In this document: piece after piece, positions 41,012-50,673 of the stretch
How the letters are laid out: each line of letters begins with the position of its first letter
Numbering within the stretch: position 1 is the stretch's first letter
From: Anaerolineales bacterium
GTDB lineage: Bacteria; Chloroflexota; Anaerolineae; Anaerolineales; UBA6663
Assembly: GCA_044226485.1 (NCBI GenBank)
Contig: JBGAGY010000011.1
Location: 168,806 to 232,805, forward strand
Direction: 5' to 3'
Length of the DNA stretch: 64,000 nt
Notes under the pieces: generated by a model
The model's input: only the letters and a program-made list of their open reading frames with translations
Databases searched by the model: none
What the model was told of the DNA's origin: nothing
Made by a program: the position numbers and the translations under genes

Positions 41012-42583
41012 TCACGGGGCCGCCGCAGGGCTCCAGGTCACGCCGAAGCCATCGTCGTATTGGACCAGTGTGTGGGGTCGGTCGAGACGATACCAGGCCG
41101 TCTCATGGCCCAATCGGACGCGGTATGCGCGCACCGATTCGGTGGGCGTCTGGATCGTTTCCAGGCTGACGATCTGCACAACCGAAAGTTCGCCCTGCCC
41201 GGTCATCAGACCGGGGCGCACATCCAACAGCGTCAGGCGAGCGCCCCAGAAGAGCGCCCGGTCGAACGGCAAAGCCATCATGCGCCACGGCCACTCAGCC
41301 GCCACGACGCTGTCGGCCGGGACCGATACAGGTGACTGCGCGTCCAGCTTGAGTTGGAGCGACTCGTCCACCGACTTGAGGGCCGCCGTCCACTCCAGCG
41401 ACTCGCCCTGGAAGTGGTAGTCGGCGTCGAGCAGGCGCATCGTGTCGGTCTGCCAGTGCCCGGCTCCGGTCAGGCTATAAGCGCCGCCGGCGTAGTAGGA
41501 CTGACCGACCTGCAGCTCGAAGCGACGTTGCTCAACCCGACACTCAAACGCCACGCGATCCGCCTCGGGGGTGAATTGGCAGGTCGAACGTCCGACGACG
41601 GTGCCCGCGACATTCTTGAGGTCATACGTCGCCGTGGTTGGTTCTGACCAGGCTGACGGCTCGAGTTGCAACTGCGGATCGGCGAGCACCTCCGGGTAAC
41701 GACCCTGAGCCAACTCAAGGCCGGCGCCCGCCAGATACAGGGCTGACGCAATCGCCAATGGCCAGAAAGCCCGGCCTCCGATCGGCATGGTCGCGGCTAA
41801 CGGCGCCGTCTTGCGCCGCTTGAGGGACCAGGCAGCGGCGACAGCAACCAGAATGGCGATGACCCCAAAGACACCGAGGCCTGTCAGAACAATCTCGCTT
41901 GAGAATGCGGCGGGTTCGATCGCGTTGATCAGCATCAGCGCAACGCTGACCCCATTGTGCACGGCATGCGCCACAATCGATGGCCAGAGCGACCGCGTGC
42001 ATTGGGCCAGGAGCCCGGTTGCCAACGCCAGCGGGAAAAGGGCCAGGGCGCCCTGCAAACGGAAGTGGAACATGACAAACAGACCGCTCACGAGCATCAG
42101 ACTGAGGCGACGGCCGATGGGGCTGTACGCGTGCAGCAACACGCCGCGAAAGAGGATCTCTTCGCAGACCGGGGCGAACAAGGCGAGCGCCAGCGCCAGA
42201 GTCGTGAGACTCAGCGGATCGGCTGATGCAAGACCGAGCATCGACGGCGGACGGTAGCCCAGGAGGGTGACGCCCAGAGCGTCAAACACATTGGACAACA
42301 CCCAGGCGCCCAGGCCGAGAGCCGCGCCGATGGCCAGATCCCTCCCACCGGAACCGCTCAACGGCACGGCGGCCGAAAACGACAGGCCCGACAGACGGAT
42401 CCAGAGCAGAGCCGGCACGAGGATCAACCCGAGTTCGGTGGCGATCAGGCCCCACCCTAACGCCGCCCACTGCACCAGGCTACCCAGAGTCAGAACCAGA
42501 AGCATGGAGACGAGGTAGAGGCCATTAGCCAGGAGGACTCGACGTTGCAGGCTTGCGTTGGAAGAGAGTTCTGAAAGAGACAT
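41012..42583 (-). CDS. CPBP-family protease fused to a large C-terminal extracytoplasmic domain
   Basis: CEEILFRGVLLHAY, MFHFRL and AHAVHNGV motifs in the N-terminal membrane half. About 250-aa C-terminal domain of unknown function. Start placed at MSLSELS. Confidence 0.7.
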   Translation of the reverse strand: MSLSELSSNASLQRRVLLANGLYLVSMLLVLTLGSLVQWAALGWGLIATELGLILVPALLWIRLSGLSFSAAVPLSGSGGRDLAIGAALGLGAWVLSNVFDALGVTLLGYRPPSMLGLASADPLSLTTLALALALFAPVCEEILFRGVLLHAYSPIGRRLSLMLVSGLFVMFHFRLQGALALFPLALATGLLAQCTRSLWPSIVAHAVHNGVSVALMLINAIEPAAFSSEIVLTGLGVFGVIAILVAVAAAWSLKRRKTAPLAATMPIGGRAFWPLAIASALYLAGAGLELAQGRYPEVLADPQLQLEPSAWSEPTTATYDLKNVAGTVVGRSTCQFTPEADRVAFECRVEQRRFELQVGQSYYAGGAYSLTGAGHWQTDTMRLLDADYHFQGESLEWTAALKSVDESLQLKLDAQSPVSVPADSVVAAEWPWRMMALPFDRALFWGARLTLLDVRPGLMTGQGELSVVQIVSLETIQTPTESVRAYRVRLGHETAWYRLDRPHTLVQYDDGFGVTWSPAAAP

Positions 42584-42653
42584 GATGATCGGCTTCGCAA
42601 TAGCTGGAGGTTTCCGAACGGAGGGCGGTTCCTGGATGCCTAAGGCGCGACCC

Positions 42654-43934
42654 TCAGGGCAAGTGTGACTCGGTCTGAGCCAGGACGGTGTCAACCATCA
42701 CGTCGACGAACCGCGATGACTCAGAGACCCAGGGCGTATGGCCGGAGTGCTCGAACCACACGATCTCTTTGTGAGGAGCCTCGAGCCTCTCGGCGAACTC
42801 CTCGAGCAGGGTCGGCGGCGCATTGACGTCGTGGCGCCCGATCAGGAAGTACACGGGCACATCGAGTTCGGGAACCTGTTGGCGGAAGTCCACGGTCCAA
42901 AGTTGAGGGTATACGACTCCCAACGTCTCGATCACGCCGCGGAACCAACTGACCTTGTCGTACAGGCCATATTCCGGCGCGGCCAGATCGCGAAACGTGT
43001 TAGCGCCGTTGTCTGCGATCTCGGGGTTGTCGTTCATGTACTCAAAGGTATCCATCAGGAAGGCCGCCTCCTTCAAAGCGACATCGTCGCCGTAATACGG
43101 CGGTGGCCCCTGACGCGTGAGTGTTTCGATCTTGGCTGTGTCGCCGCGCTCGCGGGCCAATCCAAGCGCGAACTCGTAGCAGAGGCGATCATTCTCCAGG
43201 AACGCGACCATCTGGCCCGTTCCGATGAAAGCCCGCACATCCTCCGGGTACCGTTGAGCGTAGAGGATGCCGAGGGCGCTGCCCCACGACTCCCCGAGCA
43301 GATAGACTCCGTCGATGTGGAAGCGCTCGCGCAGCAGCCCGATCAGGGCGTGAGCGTCCTCAAGATACCGTTCTGGTGTGAGCGTCGCTCGATCGACCGC
43401 ATCGAAAGACTTACCCGAGCCGGGCTGCTCCCAATTGACCACAACGAAGTGATCCTCAAGCTCTTGAAGCGCGAAACGGGCCGTCGCCAATTGGCTGCCG
43501 CCGGGCCCGCCGGCCAGGAACAGCAGAACCGGCTTCGTGGCATCTCGCCCTCGGATCGAGATCCACTGCCGGCTGCCCTTCAGGTCCACGGTCTCGAGCA
43601 CGGCGATGCTGCCGGCAACCGTGCGACCCTCAGCATCCGTGATGGGTGGCGTCATCGCAAATGCCTGCGATACCACGACGGCCAGCGTGCTCATCAGCGC
43701 GAGCCCGGCCACGGCGAGGCTCGGACCCTTCAGCGCTCGATCATATCGAAGTGCAACAACTGCGAGGCCCAGGGCGGTGAGCATCAGCGGCAGCCACAGC
43801 CAGATGGGCACAGCAGTCGCCTGAGGCAGGAGCGCAAGGGGTATACACAACAGAAGCCCGAGCAACACCAGGATCGTCTGCGCCGCCATCCGGGCAACTG
43901 GTCTGACCCATCCGAAGTGTGTCGCGTTCAACAT
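42654..43934 (-). CDS. membrane-anchored alpha/beta hydrolase (prolyl-aminopeptidase-like, S33)
   Basis: N-terminal TM segments. LFLAGGPGGS and nucleophile elbow GESWGS. Confidence 0.85.
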   Translation of the reverse strand: MLNATHFGWVRPVARMAAQTILVLLGLLLCIPLALLPQATAVPIWLWLPLMLTALGLAVVALRYDRALKGPSLAVAGLALMSTLAVVVSQAFAMTPPITDAEGRTVAGSIAVLETVDLKGSRQWISIRGRDATKPVLLFLAGGPGGSQLATARFALQELEDHFVVVNWEQPGSGKSFDAVDRATLTPERYLEDAHALIGLLRERFHIDGVYLLGESWGSALGILYAQRYPEDVRAFIGTGQMVAFLENDRLCYEFALGLARERGDTAKIETLTRQGPPPYYGDDVALKEAAFLMDTFEYMNDNPEIADNGANTFRDLAAPEYGLYDKVSWFRGVIETLGVVYPQLWTVDFRQQVPELDVPVYFLIGRHDVNAPPTLLEEFAERLEAPHKEIVWFEHSGHTPWVSESSRFVDVMVDTVLAQTESHLP

Positions 43935-44379
43935 CGCCTTTCGCCCTTCGAGCCACGCCGGCTGAGCCGACGCAGGCTCCTGTTAGTTGAGGAATCCCCT
44001 CTGGCGTAGAGTCCACCAGCGTTGGCGGTACCCGGGAGTCGTTACCAACTCCGACCACACATCCTGGAAGGTGACCGTCCGCCGACATTCCAGCACAACG
44101 TCCAAGACGAGAGTCGCAGCCCGTACAATACGCCGATCAAGTCAGGTGCTCTTGATCGAGTTGTCCGGTCTAAATGGCCGTCGGTCTAGCCCAAGGATAA
44201 GGGCAATCGCGCCCGCCCCTACAGACGCCAGACGGGTATCGGCCCTGGTCAGTCGGACAGGATTCCCGATGGCCAGAAGCGTTCACACCCAGAGTGACTT
44301 CCCGCTGAGGTTCGGTGGGTTGGAACTTCTATGATGTTGGCGACTGGCGGCTGGCGCACTCGAGCAACCAAAATTAGCG

Positions 44380-44553
44380 CTTTGATGTGTCTTCCAATCA
44401 GGGCGCACCATCGAACGCAGATCATCGAAGCTGCTCCGCTGCACGGTCAATTGGTCTAGGCCGCGGCCCACGAGCAGCGGAGACTGCTCCACTACTCGGG
44501 TTATTTCGATTTGCTCTGCCGCGGAGCGCCGGATCCGGCGTTCCATGGCTTCT
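44380..44553 (-). mobile_element. remnant of IS3/IS481-type orfA (third, fragmentary copy)
   Basis: Encodes ...RIRRSAAEQIEITRVVEQSPLLVGRGLDQLTVQRSSF, matching MERLIRRSPAERMEINSVVEQSPLPAGRVLEQLNVPRSSF of the copy at 54310-55866. DNA identity ends abruptly at about 44553. Confidence 0.55.
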
Positions 44554-44629
44554 CCCGCCTGGGCCTATTTGCCAGGATCCACATGCCTCTGGCTCGCGCG
44601 CCGTTGGCGTCACTCGGGATTTGCTGTCG

Positions 44630-44845
44630 ATCTGGTCATGTAATCAATTCCTGCTCGCGCTCGTCCTTATTGAAGACCCCACGCAGCGGACCATAGCCGG
44701 CGCCTTGGGAGCGTTCCAGGGTCACTATGCGACCAATGTGCCGTTGCTCTGCGCGGGCACCATCCTGATCCTATTCGTGCTATTTCAGCGTCAGACCATT
44801 GCTGCGTTGTTGCAGGGCTCGATCAACGGATCGGGCGCGAAGCGG
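44630..44845 (+). pseudogene. 3' fragment of a sugar ABC permease gene
   Basis: NQFLLALVLIEDPTQRTIAGALGAFQGHYATNVPLLCAGTILILFVLFQRQTIAALLQGSING resembles the C-terminus of MalG/UgpE-type permeases. No N-terminal part present. Confidence 0.45.
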
Positions 44846-44895
44846 GTTGCCTCGTTATGGCTCGGAAGGTGCTCCTCTATCCGCTCGATGGCTCC

Positions 44896-45345
44896 TCACG
44901 AATCCTGCGGCTTGAGTTCTTCGGCAAGCCCGATGAGGATGCCTTCGGGGCCACGGATGTAGCAGAGCCGATATACCCCTTCGTAATTCACGATCTCATC
45001 AACAACCGTCGCGCCTACCTTACTGAGCCGGGCGAGGGTGTCGTCGAGGTTCTCGACGGCAAACATGACGCGCAGATATCCTAACGAGTTCACAGGTGCC
45101 CTGCGATGGTCCGACGCGATGGCGGGAGCGTCGAAGCGCGAGAGCTCAATGTGGCTGTGACCATCGGGGGTGTGCAGCATGGCGACCTCGACGCGCTGGT
45201 CACGCACCCCTGTGACGCGGCCGGCCCATTCGCCTTCGATCATCATACGGCCCTCAAGGGCGAGGCCGAGTTCGCTGAAGAACTCAATCGCACCTTCAAG
45301 GTTCTCAACCACGATACCGACGTTGTCCATGCGCTTGACCGCCAT
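44896..45345 (-). CDS. VOC (glyoxalase/bleomycin-resistance/dioxygenase) family protein (cassette)
   Basis: 149 aa from MAVKRMDNVGIVVENLEGAIEFF. GGAGGAG Shine-Dalgarno sequence upstream. The longer ORF-track N-terminus crosses the attC. Confidence 0.9.
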   Translation of the reverse strand: MAVKRMDNVGIVVENLEGAIEFFSELGLALEGRMMIEGEWAGRVTGVRDQRVEVAMLHTPDGHSHIELSRFDAPAIASDHRRAPVNSLGYLRVMFAVENLDDTLARLSKVGATVVDEIVNYEGVYRLCYIRGPEGILIGLAEELKPQDS

Positions 45346-45441
45346 AACCTCTCCTCCGGTACTCACCAAGGTAGCGCCCGTGCGGCCAATTCTCGCACGA
45401 TCACATGGCCTCGTCAGATTCGGCTTCGGCCCAGTGAGACA

Positions 45442-45535
45442 GACTGACGGCTCGCAGCAGTTGTGTAGCAGGTGAGCCGAGGCCGGCCGGCTTGGGGCCC
45501 CAGTTAGCCACGTCAGCTGCATGCGTTCGTTGGGC
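45442..45535 (-). repeat. attC site, short form (~94 nt)
   Basis: gactgacggctcgcagcagttgtgtagcaggtgagccgaggccggccggcttggggccccagttagccacgtcagctgcatgcgttcgttgggc. Lacks the inner module. Confidence 0.75.
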
Positions 45536-45976
45536 CGTCTGTCGGTACAGACCGGGTACATGGGTGACACTCTGGCCGCAGAATCAGGGCTGGGAGGACC
45601 GGCCCACGCCCTGGAATGTGAGTTCACCCATGTCTCAACGCGCCGACTTCATCCGAGACCTCGAGCGGGTCTCTTCACCGACCCATTCGCTGCTCTCCCG
45701 CGCTTTGCTCGCCTTTCCACCTCCCAGCAGGCGACCGGGAACCTTTTTGGGTTGTGACCCATGTTCGCGGTCCACCTGGTACAGATGTCCCCGACAGTTC
45801 AGCGCCACACTTGCCTCGCCAAACTGGTGATTCTGGATTGTGCTATCTATGGCAGGAATGCAATGAAATGAACGCCCAACTTTGCATAATAGCAAAGCCC
45901 CTCGTTCCTAAAACAATACTTCCAACAATACTCTAGTATCTATGAGCTAACACCTTACGTCCCATATCTTGAGTAC

Positions 45977-46423
45977 ATGAATGCAAAAACAACACAACAA
46001 CACGCTTTGGAAGAAACCAAGGTCAGTTTGACACTGAAGCTCGCAGCGTTATGGACGAGTTTCATGTTTCTCTACATCTATGTGGATTACTTCCACTTGT
46101 ACATGCCCAGCTCCCTAGAAGACATGGTATCTGGAAAGATGTGGGAATTTGCGGTAACTCCAGCGATTCTGTTTGCCGGCCTCGCCTCAGTCACGATCCC
46201 GGCTCTCATGGTTTTCCTCTCTGTTGGCATGCCGGCCAAGATCAGTCGCTGGACAAACATCGTTGTGGCGACGGTATATATTCCCTATTCGTTATTCAAT
46301 CTAGCCGGAGAAGCTTGGCCTCATATGTTGTTTGGTGCTGCTGTAGAAATCGTTCTCCTGCTACTCATTATCCGTTATGCGTGGACGTGGCCTCGCATCG
46401 AGCCATCCGTGTCGGGCCGCTGA
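45977..46423 (+). CDS. membrane protein of unknown function (cassette, inverted orientation, low GC)
   Basis: 148 aa with 4 hydrophobic segments. Visibly lower GC than the surroundings and preceded by an AT-rich stretch. Confidence 0.7.
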   Translation: MNAKTTQQHALEETKVSLTLKLAALWTSFMFLYIYVDYFHLYMPSSLEDMVSGKMWEFAVTPAILFAGLASVTIPALMVFLSVGMPAKISRWTNIVVATVYIPYSLFNLAGEAWPHMLFGAAVEIVLLLLIIRYAWTWPRIEPSVSGR

Positions 46424-46700
46424 CCCGCTGAATGGCCGGCGCGCAACGCACCAGGCCAGAGGCTATGCGGATGAGACGAGCGCGCCTTCAATGGCGGCTG
46501 CGAACTCATGGTCAGGTCTGCCGCCTCACCGTGTGCGCGCCGGCCATACGCGTGAGACACCTCCCGGGACGATGACCTCGATGGTGTGCCTGGATTGCTC
46601 ACCGGCAGGCCGGTCACAGGTCACGAACGAGTCAAGAAAGGCTCTTTCGGACTCTTGACGATCGGTCAAAGCTGACCAGCCTCTCCCCCCGGTAGCGGAG

Positions 46701-46829
46701 GCCCAACGGCTTGCATCATCTGCGTGGCGGGTGAGCCGAGGCTGTTGTCGCCCGCAGGCGGGTCGGTGAACCGAAGCCGCTCGGCTTGGGGCCCCGAGTA
46801 GCTACGTCAGCGGCATGCGTTCGTTAGGA
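46701..46829 (-). repeat. attC site
   Basis: gcccaacggcttgcatcatctgcgtggcgggtgagccgagg...ggtgaaccgaagccgc...cttggggccccgagtagctacgtcagcggcatgcgttcgttagga. Confidence 0.85.
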
Positions 46830-47678
46830 AGCCTGTTGGTCCTTGATGCCGTGTTCGATCGATACGGACTCAAGTTCAGTTGGCAAGACGCCATCTTCAA
46901 TCCAGGCGCGTACCATTTGAGAAAACAAGCCCGGCGCCTCGCCATTCCATCCATGACCGACACCAGGAACACGATATCCTCTCGCGCCCGGTATGGCACC
47001 GATGAGGAGCGGAATAGATTGTTGCACGAGCGGGTGTTCTCGGCTGCCCGCAACCACAAGGGTCGGACTGGTCACACCGCACGGCAGAGCCGACATCCCG
47101 CGGTCGAGGATCTCGTTTCCGATGTGCAGCATCGCTTGCCATGATGTCTGCCGCGCTGCTTCTCGGTAGCCCGCGTAGGCCTCGTCCGGTATCCGAAGCT
47201 GCCTGGCTGTGCCTCGAAGGACGAAATCCAGGCCTCGGAATGGGGTGAGCAAGTACCACCTGAATTTGGTCAGTTGGCTATGCGGAAACGGCAGCACATT
47301 GATTCCGCTCAACACAACATGATCGACATTTTCGGGGCTCATCTCGACCAGCCGTAGGGCCACGTGACCGCCAAGCGACAACCCAACAAGGTGAGCGCGT
47401 CCGCCATGCGCCCGCTGTGCAATCAGCCGTTTGACTTCGCCGACGACATGGTCCAGGTTTCGCCACGGTATCCGGTTGCTTTGACCGTGTCCGGGCAAAT
47501 CCGGAACCAAGCAGTGATAACGAGGCGACAAATCCGCCACCTGGCGCTGCCACATCCAGCTGCTTGTTCCCGCTCCGTGGAGGAAAACGATGGACTTCGC
47601 ATCGCGCGGACCAACCTCATCGAACCACATAGTCCCCCCGTGCACCACAACCGTCCCAAACTCGTCTTCGAGGACCAT
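46824..47678 (-). CDS. alpha/beta-fold hydrolase (cassette)
   Basis: VFLHGAGTSSWMW and nucleophile elbow GLSLGG. The TAA stop is the TAA of the attC box (cc-TAA-c). Confidence 0.85.
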   Translation of the reverse strand: MVLEDEFGTVVVHGGTMWFDEVGPRDAKSIVFLHGAGTSSWMWQRQVADLSPRYHCLVPDLPGHGQSNRIPWRNLDHVVGEVKRLIAQRAHGGRAHLVGLSLGGHVALRLVEMSPENVDHVVLSGINVLPFPHSQLTKFRWYLLTPFRGLDFVLRGTARQLRIPDEAYAGYREAARQTSWQAMLHIGNEILDRGMSALPCGVTSPTLVVAGSREHPLVQQSIPLLIGAIPGARGYRVPGVGHGWNGEAPGLFSQMVRAWIEDGVLPTELESVSIEHGIKDQQAS

Positions 47679-47706
47679 TGTATCCCCGGCGTGCTCACAG
47701 GCGGCT

Positions 47707-47828
47707 GTCTAACGCACGGGCATCAGCTGCATGACGGGTGAGCCGAGGCCGACCTATCCGACGACAGGCCGTTGAACCGAGCTTGTATCCATTGCATTGG
47801 CCACGTTTCCGACCATTGCACGCTGGTC
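47707..47828 (-). repeat. attC-like repeat, right-coordinate arm eroded
   Basis: gtctaacgcacgggcatcagctgcatgacgggtgagccgaggccg...gccgttgaaccgag...cattggccacgt then decays. Confidence 0.6.
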
Positions 47829-47942
47829 GCATCGCTGGCTAGGTCGCATTCGACGTTCACACAAGGCCGACCACTCGAAGCGGTTTCGCTCAGCAAGTAC
47901 TCTCGCATACATGGCCCCCTACAAGCTGTCTGGGAACCTAAC

Positions 47943-49540
47943 TGTATGTCGTCAGCTGAAACCGGACAGAAATCGCTTCTGAGATTGTCGCACTTCTGGC
48001 TATTGTATAGCCCCATGGGAGGCCGCTATGCCGAGGAAGAAGGCGTCCGTTGCAGACACCGTTCGCGCCATCCGCGGGTGACTGTCGGTCGTTGACCGTG
48101 CGGAAGTTCTCAGCGGAAGACAAGATCCGCCTTGTCCTCGACGGCATCCGTGGCGAGACCGGCTGTGCGCGCGGACACGGTCCGCCCTCTGCTGGCGAGA
48201 GGGCATCGCCACCAACCTCTATGACACCTGGAGCAAAGAGTTCCTCGATGCCGGCAAGAAAAGCCTGGTAGGCGACACCGAACGTCAGGCCGATAGCCGC
48301 GATGTGTCTGACTTGCGTCATGAGATGAACCAACTCAAGCCTGTGGTGGCCGAGCTCTCGCTCAAGAACCGTGTGCTTGAAGATTACTTACTGGGTCGGG
48401 AGAAGCCATGGACGCTCGGCTGGAGCTATGCTCCAGTCGCCTGATTCTGCCGCTATAAGCGGAACGTTCGCCCGCCGCGAAGATGGAGATCATTCGCGAG
48501 GTGGAGCAGTCTCCGCTGCCGGTCGGCCGCGCCCTAGAACAATTGAACGTGTCGCGGAGTCGCTTCTATGAGTGGTATCGCCAGTCCTTAAAGGAAGGAG
48601 AGGACGGGCTCTCGCCTCGGCAAAGGGAAAGACGCCAATTTTGGAACCGAGCCCCGGAGCAGGTGCAGAGCCAAATCGTCGAACTGGCCCTGCAGCAGCA
48701 TGCAGATCAGTCGTTTCCCGAAATTGCGTGGCCCGTCACCGATCGGGGGCGGTATTTCCTCTCAGAGTCCATCGTTTATCGCCTGCTCAGACGGATCGAA
48801 CGTCGGATGCAACCGCGTCCGCGGTCACGACGCCGGCGTTCGAGTTGGTCACAGCGGCCGAGACAATCGGCACGCCCACGCAGCGGATGAACGAGCTCTG
48901 GCAGACGGACTTCACCTATATCAAGATCCAGAGTTGGGGTTGGTATTACCTTTCCACCGTGCTGGACAATTTCTCGCGCTAAATCCTAAACTGGAAGCTC
49001 ACGTCCACCATGGCCGCCGACGATGTGCTCGTCACGCTGGAATTGGCGTTGAAAGCTGCAGGACTCCAACACGCCCGCGTCCGCTATCGACCGCGGCTTC
49101 TTTCGGACAACTGGCCGGCCCATCTCTCGAAGGAGCTGCGCGAGTATCTGGAGGAGCACGATATCGAGCACACGCGCGTGGCCCCGTTTCATTCGATGAC
49201 GCAGGCCAAGATCGAACGCTATCACCCTCGATGAAGAACATCGTGCCGCCGGAGAACTACTTCATACCCGAACCCCTCGAGCGAGCGATCAAGGCCCTCG
49301 TAGAACAATACAACCGCCACCGCTATCACGTGTCGCTGAACAATCCGACGCCCGCGGATGTGTACTCCGGGCGACCCAAGGAGATCTTGAACCGACGAGC
49401 GAAGATCAAGCGCGATACGTTGGCTGACCGTCGCTTCATGGCCCAGCAGACCCGCCTGGCGGCGGGCCTATCATCGATCAGGCCAAGAGTGTAGGGATCA
49501 GAACGGGGCTCGACTGTCCGGCTTTAGCTGAACCCAAACA
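47943..49540 (+). mobile_element. IS3/IS481-type insertion sequence, copy 1 (heavily decayed)
   Basis: Ends tgtatgtcgtcagctgaaaccggacag ... ctgtccggctttagctgaacccaaaca form imperfect TG..CA inverted repeats. The HTH + rve coding region is broken by many frameshifts and stops (ORF fragments 48483-48890, 49010-49234 and others). Confidence 0.8.
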
Positions 49541-49992
49541 CACATCCGGATACATGTAGGATTGCACTGTACTGCCCATCGGCACGCCACAGCGCGGTCC
49601 GTGCGGAGCGGCGGATATGGTGTGGGCGACGGCGATGAAACCGTTCGACCCATTGGCCTGGCGCCGCACTGGTTCTCGCGATGAGGTTCCACCGGGAATA
49701 ATGGCGCTTATGGGCAGTGCATCTGAGCCGTCGTGTCGACGGTCCGGCGTCGCGTGAGACGTGACAGGTCCATCCACTGCTCATTCCGGATCAATGCTCG
49801 AGTAAGGTCATCCCTGAGATCCTGCGCTCATCCGGTATGATGTGCACCGTTCGAGCGGCAACGGAGACCTGACGTCGACCAAGATTCGCGATCCAGGGTG
49901 TCGCGCGCAATGCTTCTGTGCTCTAGACAAGTGTCACGAATCGCGCACATGTCGTGATTTCGCTCTATTCTCTTTTCATTTGAGTACCACCC

Positions 49993-50673
49993 ATGACTTC
50001 GCCCTTGACGATCGCCATTCTCGACGACCATTCCATCACGGTCGATGGCTACCGCGCCCGTCTGGCTCAAGATCCAGCGCTGCGCATTGCCTGGGCGACG
50101 GCCTTCGGAGAGGACGTCCTGACCCGCATGGAACAGCAGCCGGTCGACGTCCTGATCCTGGACGTCAGCGTGCCGACCTCCTCGACGAACTCAAACCCCT
50201 ACCCCATCCTGGACGTGATCCCGCGTCTGCTCGACCGCCAGCCCGCTTTGACCATTCTCGTGATCTCGATGCACATGGAGAGCCGCCTGATCAAAGGAGT
50301 CCTTCGTCTGGGGGCATCAGGGTACGTGCTCAAGGATGATCGCGCGGCCCTGGACCGCCTCGATCAGATCGTCCGGACAGTCGTTGCTGGAGATCTCTAT
50401 GTCAGCCCCCTTGCCGAGCAACGCTGGCGTGATCGGCAAGACGCCGCGGACTCTCCCTTGACGCCGCGTCAACTGCAGGCCCTGTCGCTCTGCCTGGCCT
50501 ATCCAGATGAGACTTCTCAGCAGCTTGCCCTACGGCTCGGCGTAACATCCGTCACACTCCGCAACCTGTTATCAGGCGCTTACCTCCGGCTCAATGTGCG
50601 CTCCCGCGCTGCGGCAGTGGCCGAGGCCCAGCGCCGCGGTGTCATCACACCCCCGGGGCCAGCCCTGCCGTAG
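49993..50673 (+). CDS. LuxR/NarL-family response regulator
   Basis: Receiver domain (IAILDDH...VLILDVSVP) plus LuxR-type HTH (LTPRQLQALSLCLAYPDETSQQLALRLGVTSVTLRNLLSGAYLRL). Confidence 0.85.
   Translation: MTSPLTIAILDDHSITVDGYRARLAQDPALRIAWATAFGEDVLTRMEQQPVDVLILDVSVPTSSTNSNPYPILDVIPRLLDRQPALTILVISMHMESRLIKGVLRLGASGYVLKDDRAALDRLDQIVRTVVAGDLYVSPLAEQRWRDRQDAADSPLTPRQLQALSLCLAYPDETSQQLALRLGVTSVTLRNLLSGAYLRLNVRSRAAAVAEAQRRGVITPPGPALP

Larger units (their letters stand above)
45442..47828 (-). mobile_element. integron-type cassette cluster (3 attC)
   Basis: attC copies separate VOC, membrane-protein and hydrolase genes. Bounded by IS debris on both sides. Confidence 0.75.
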
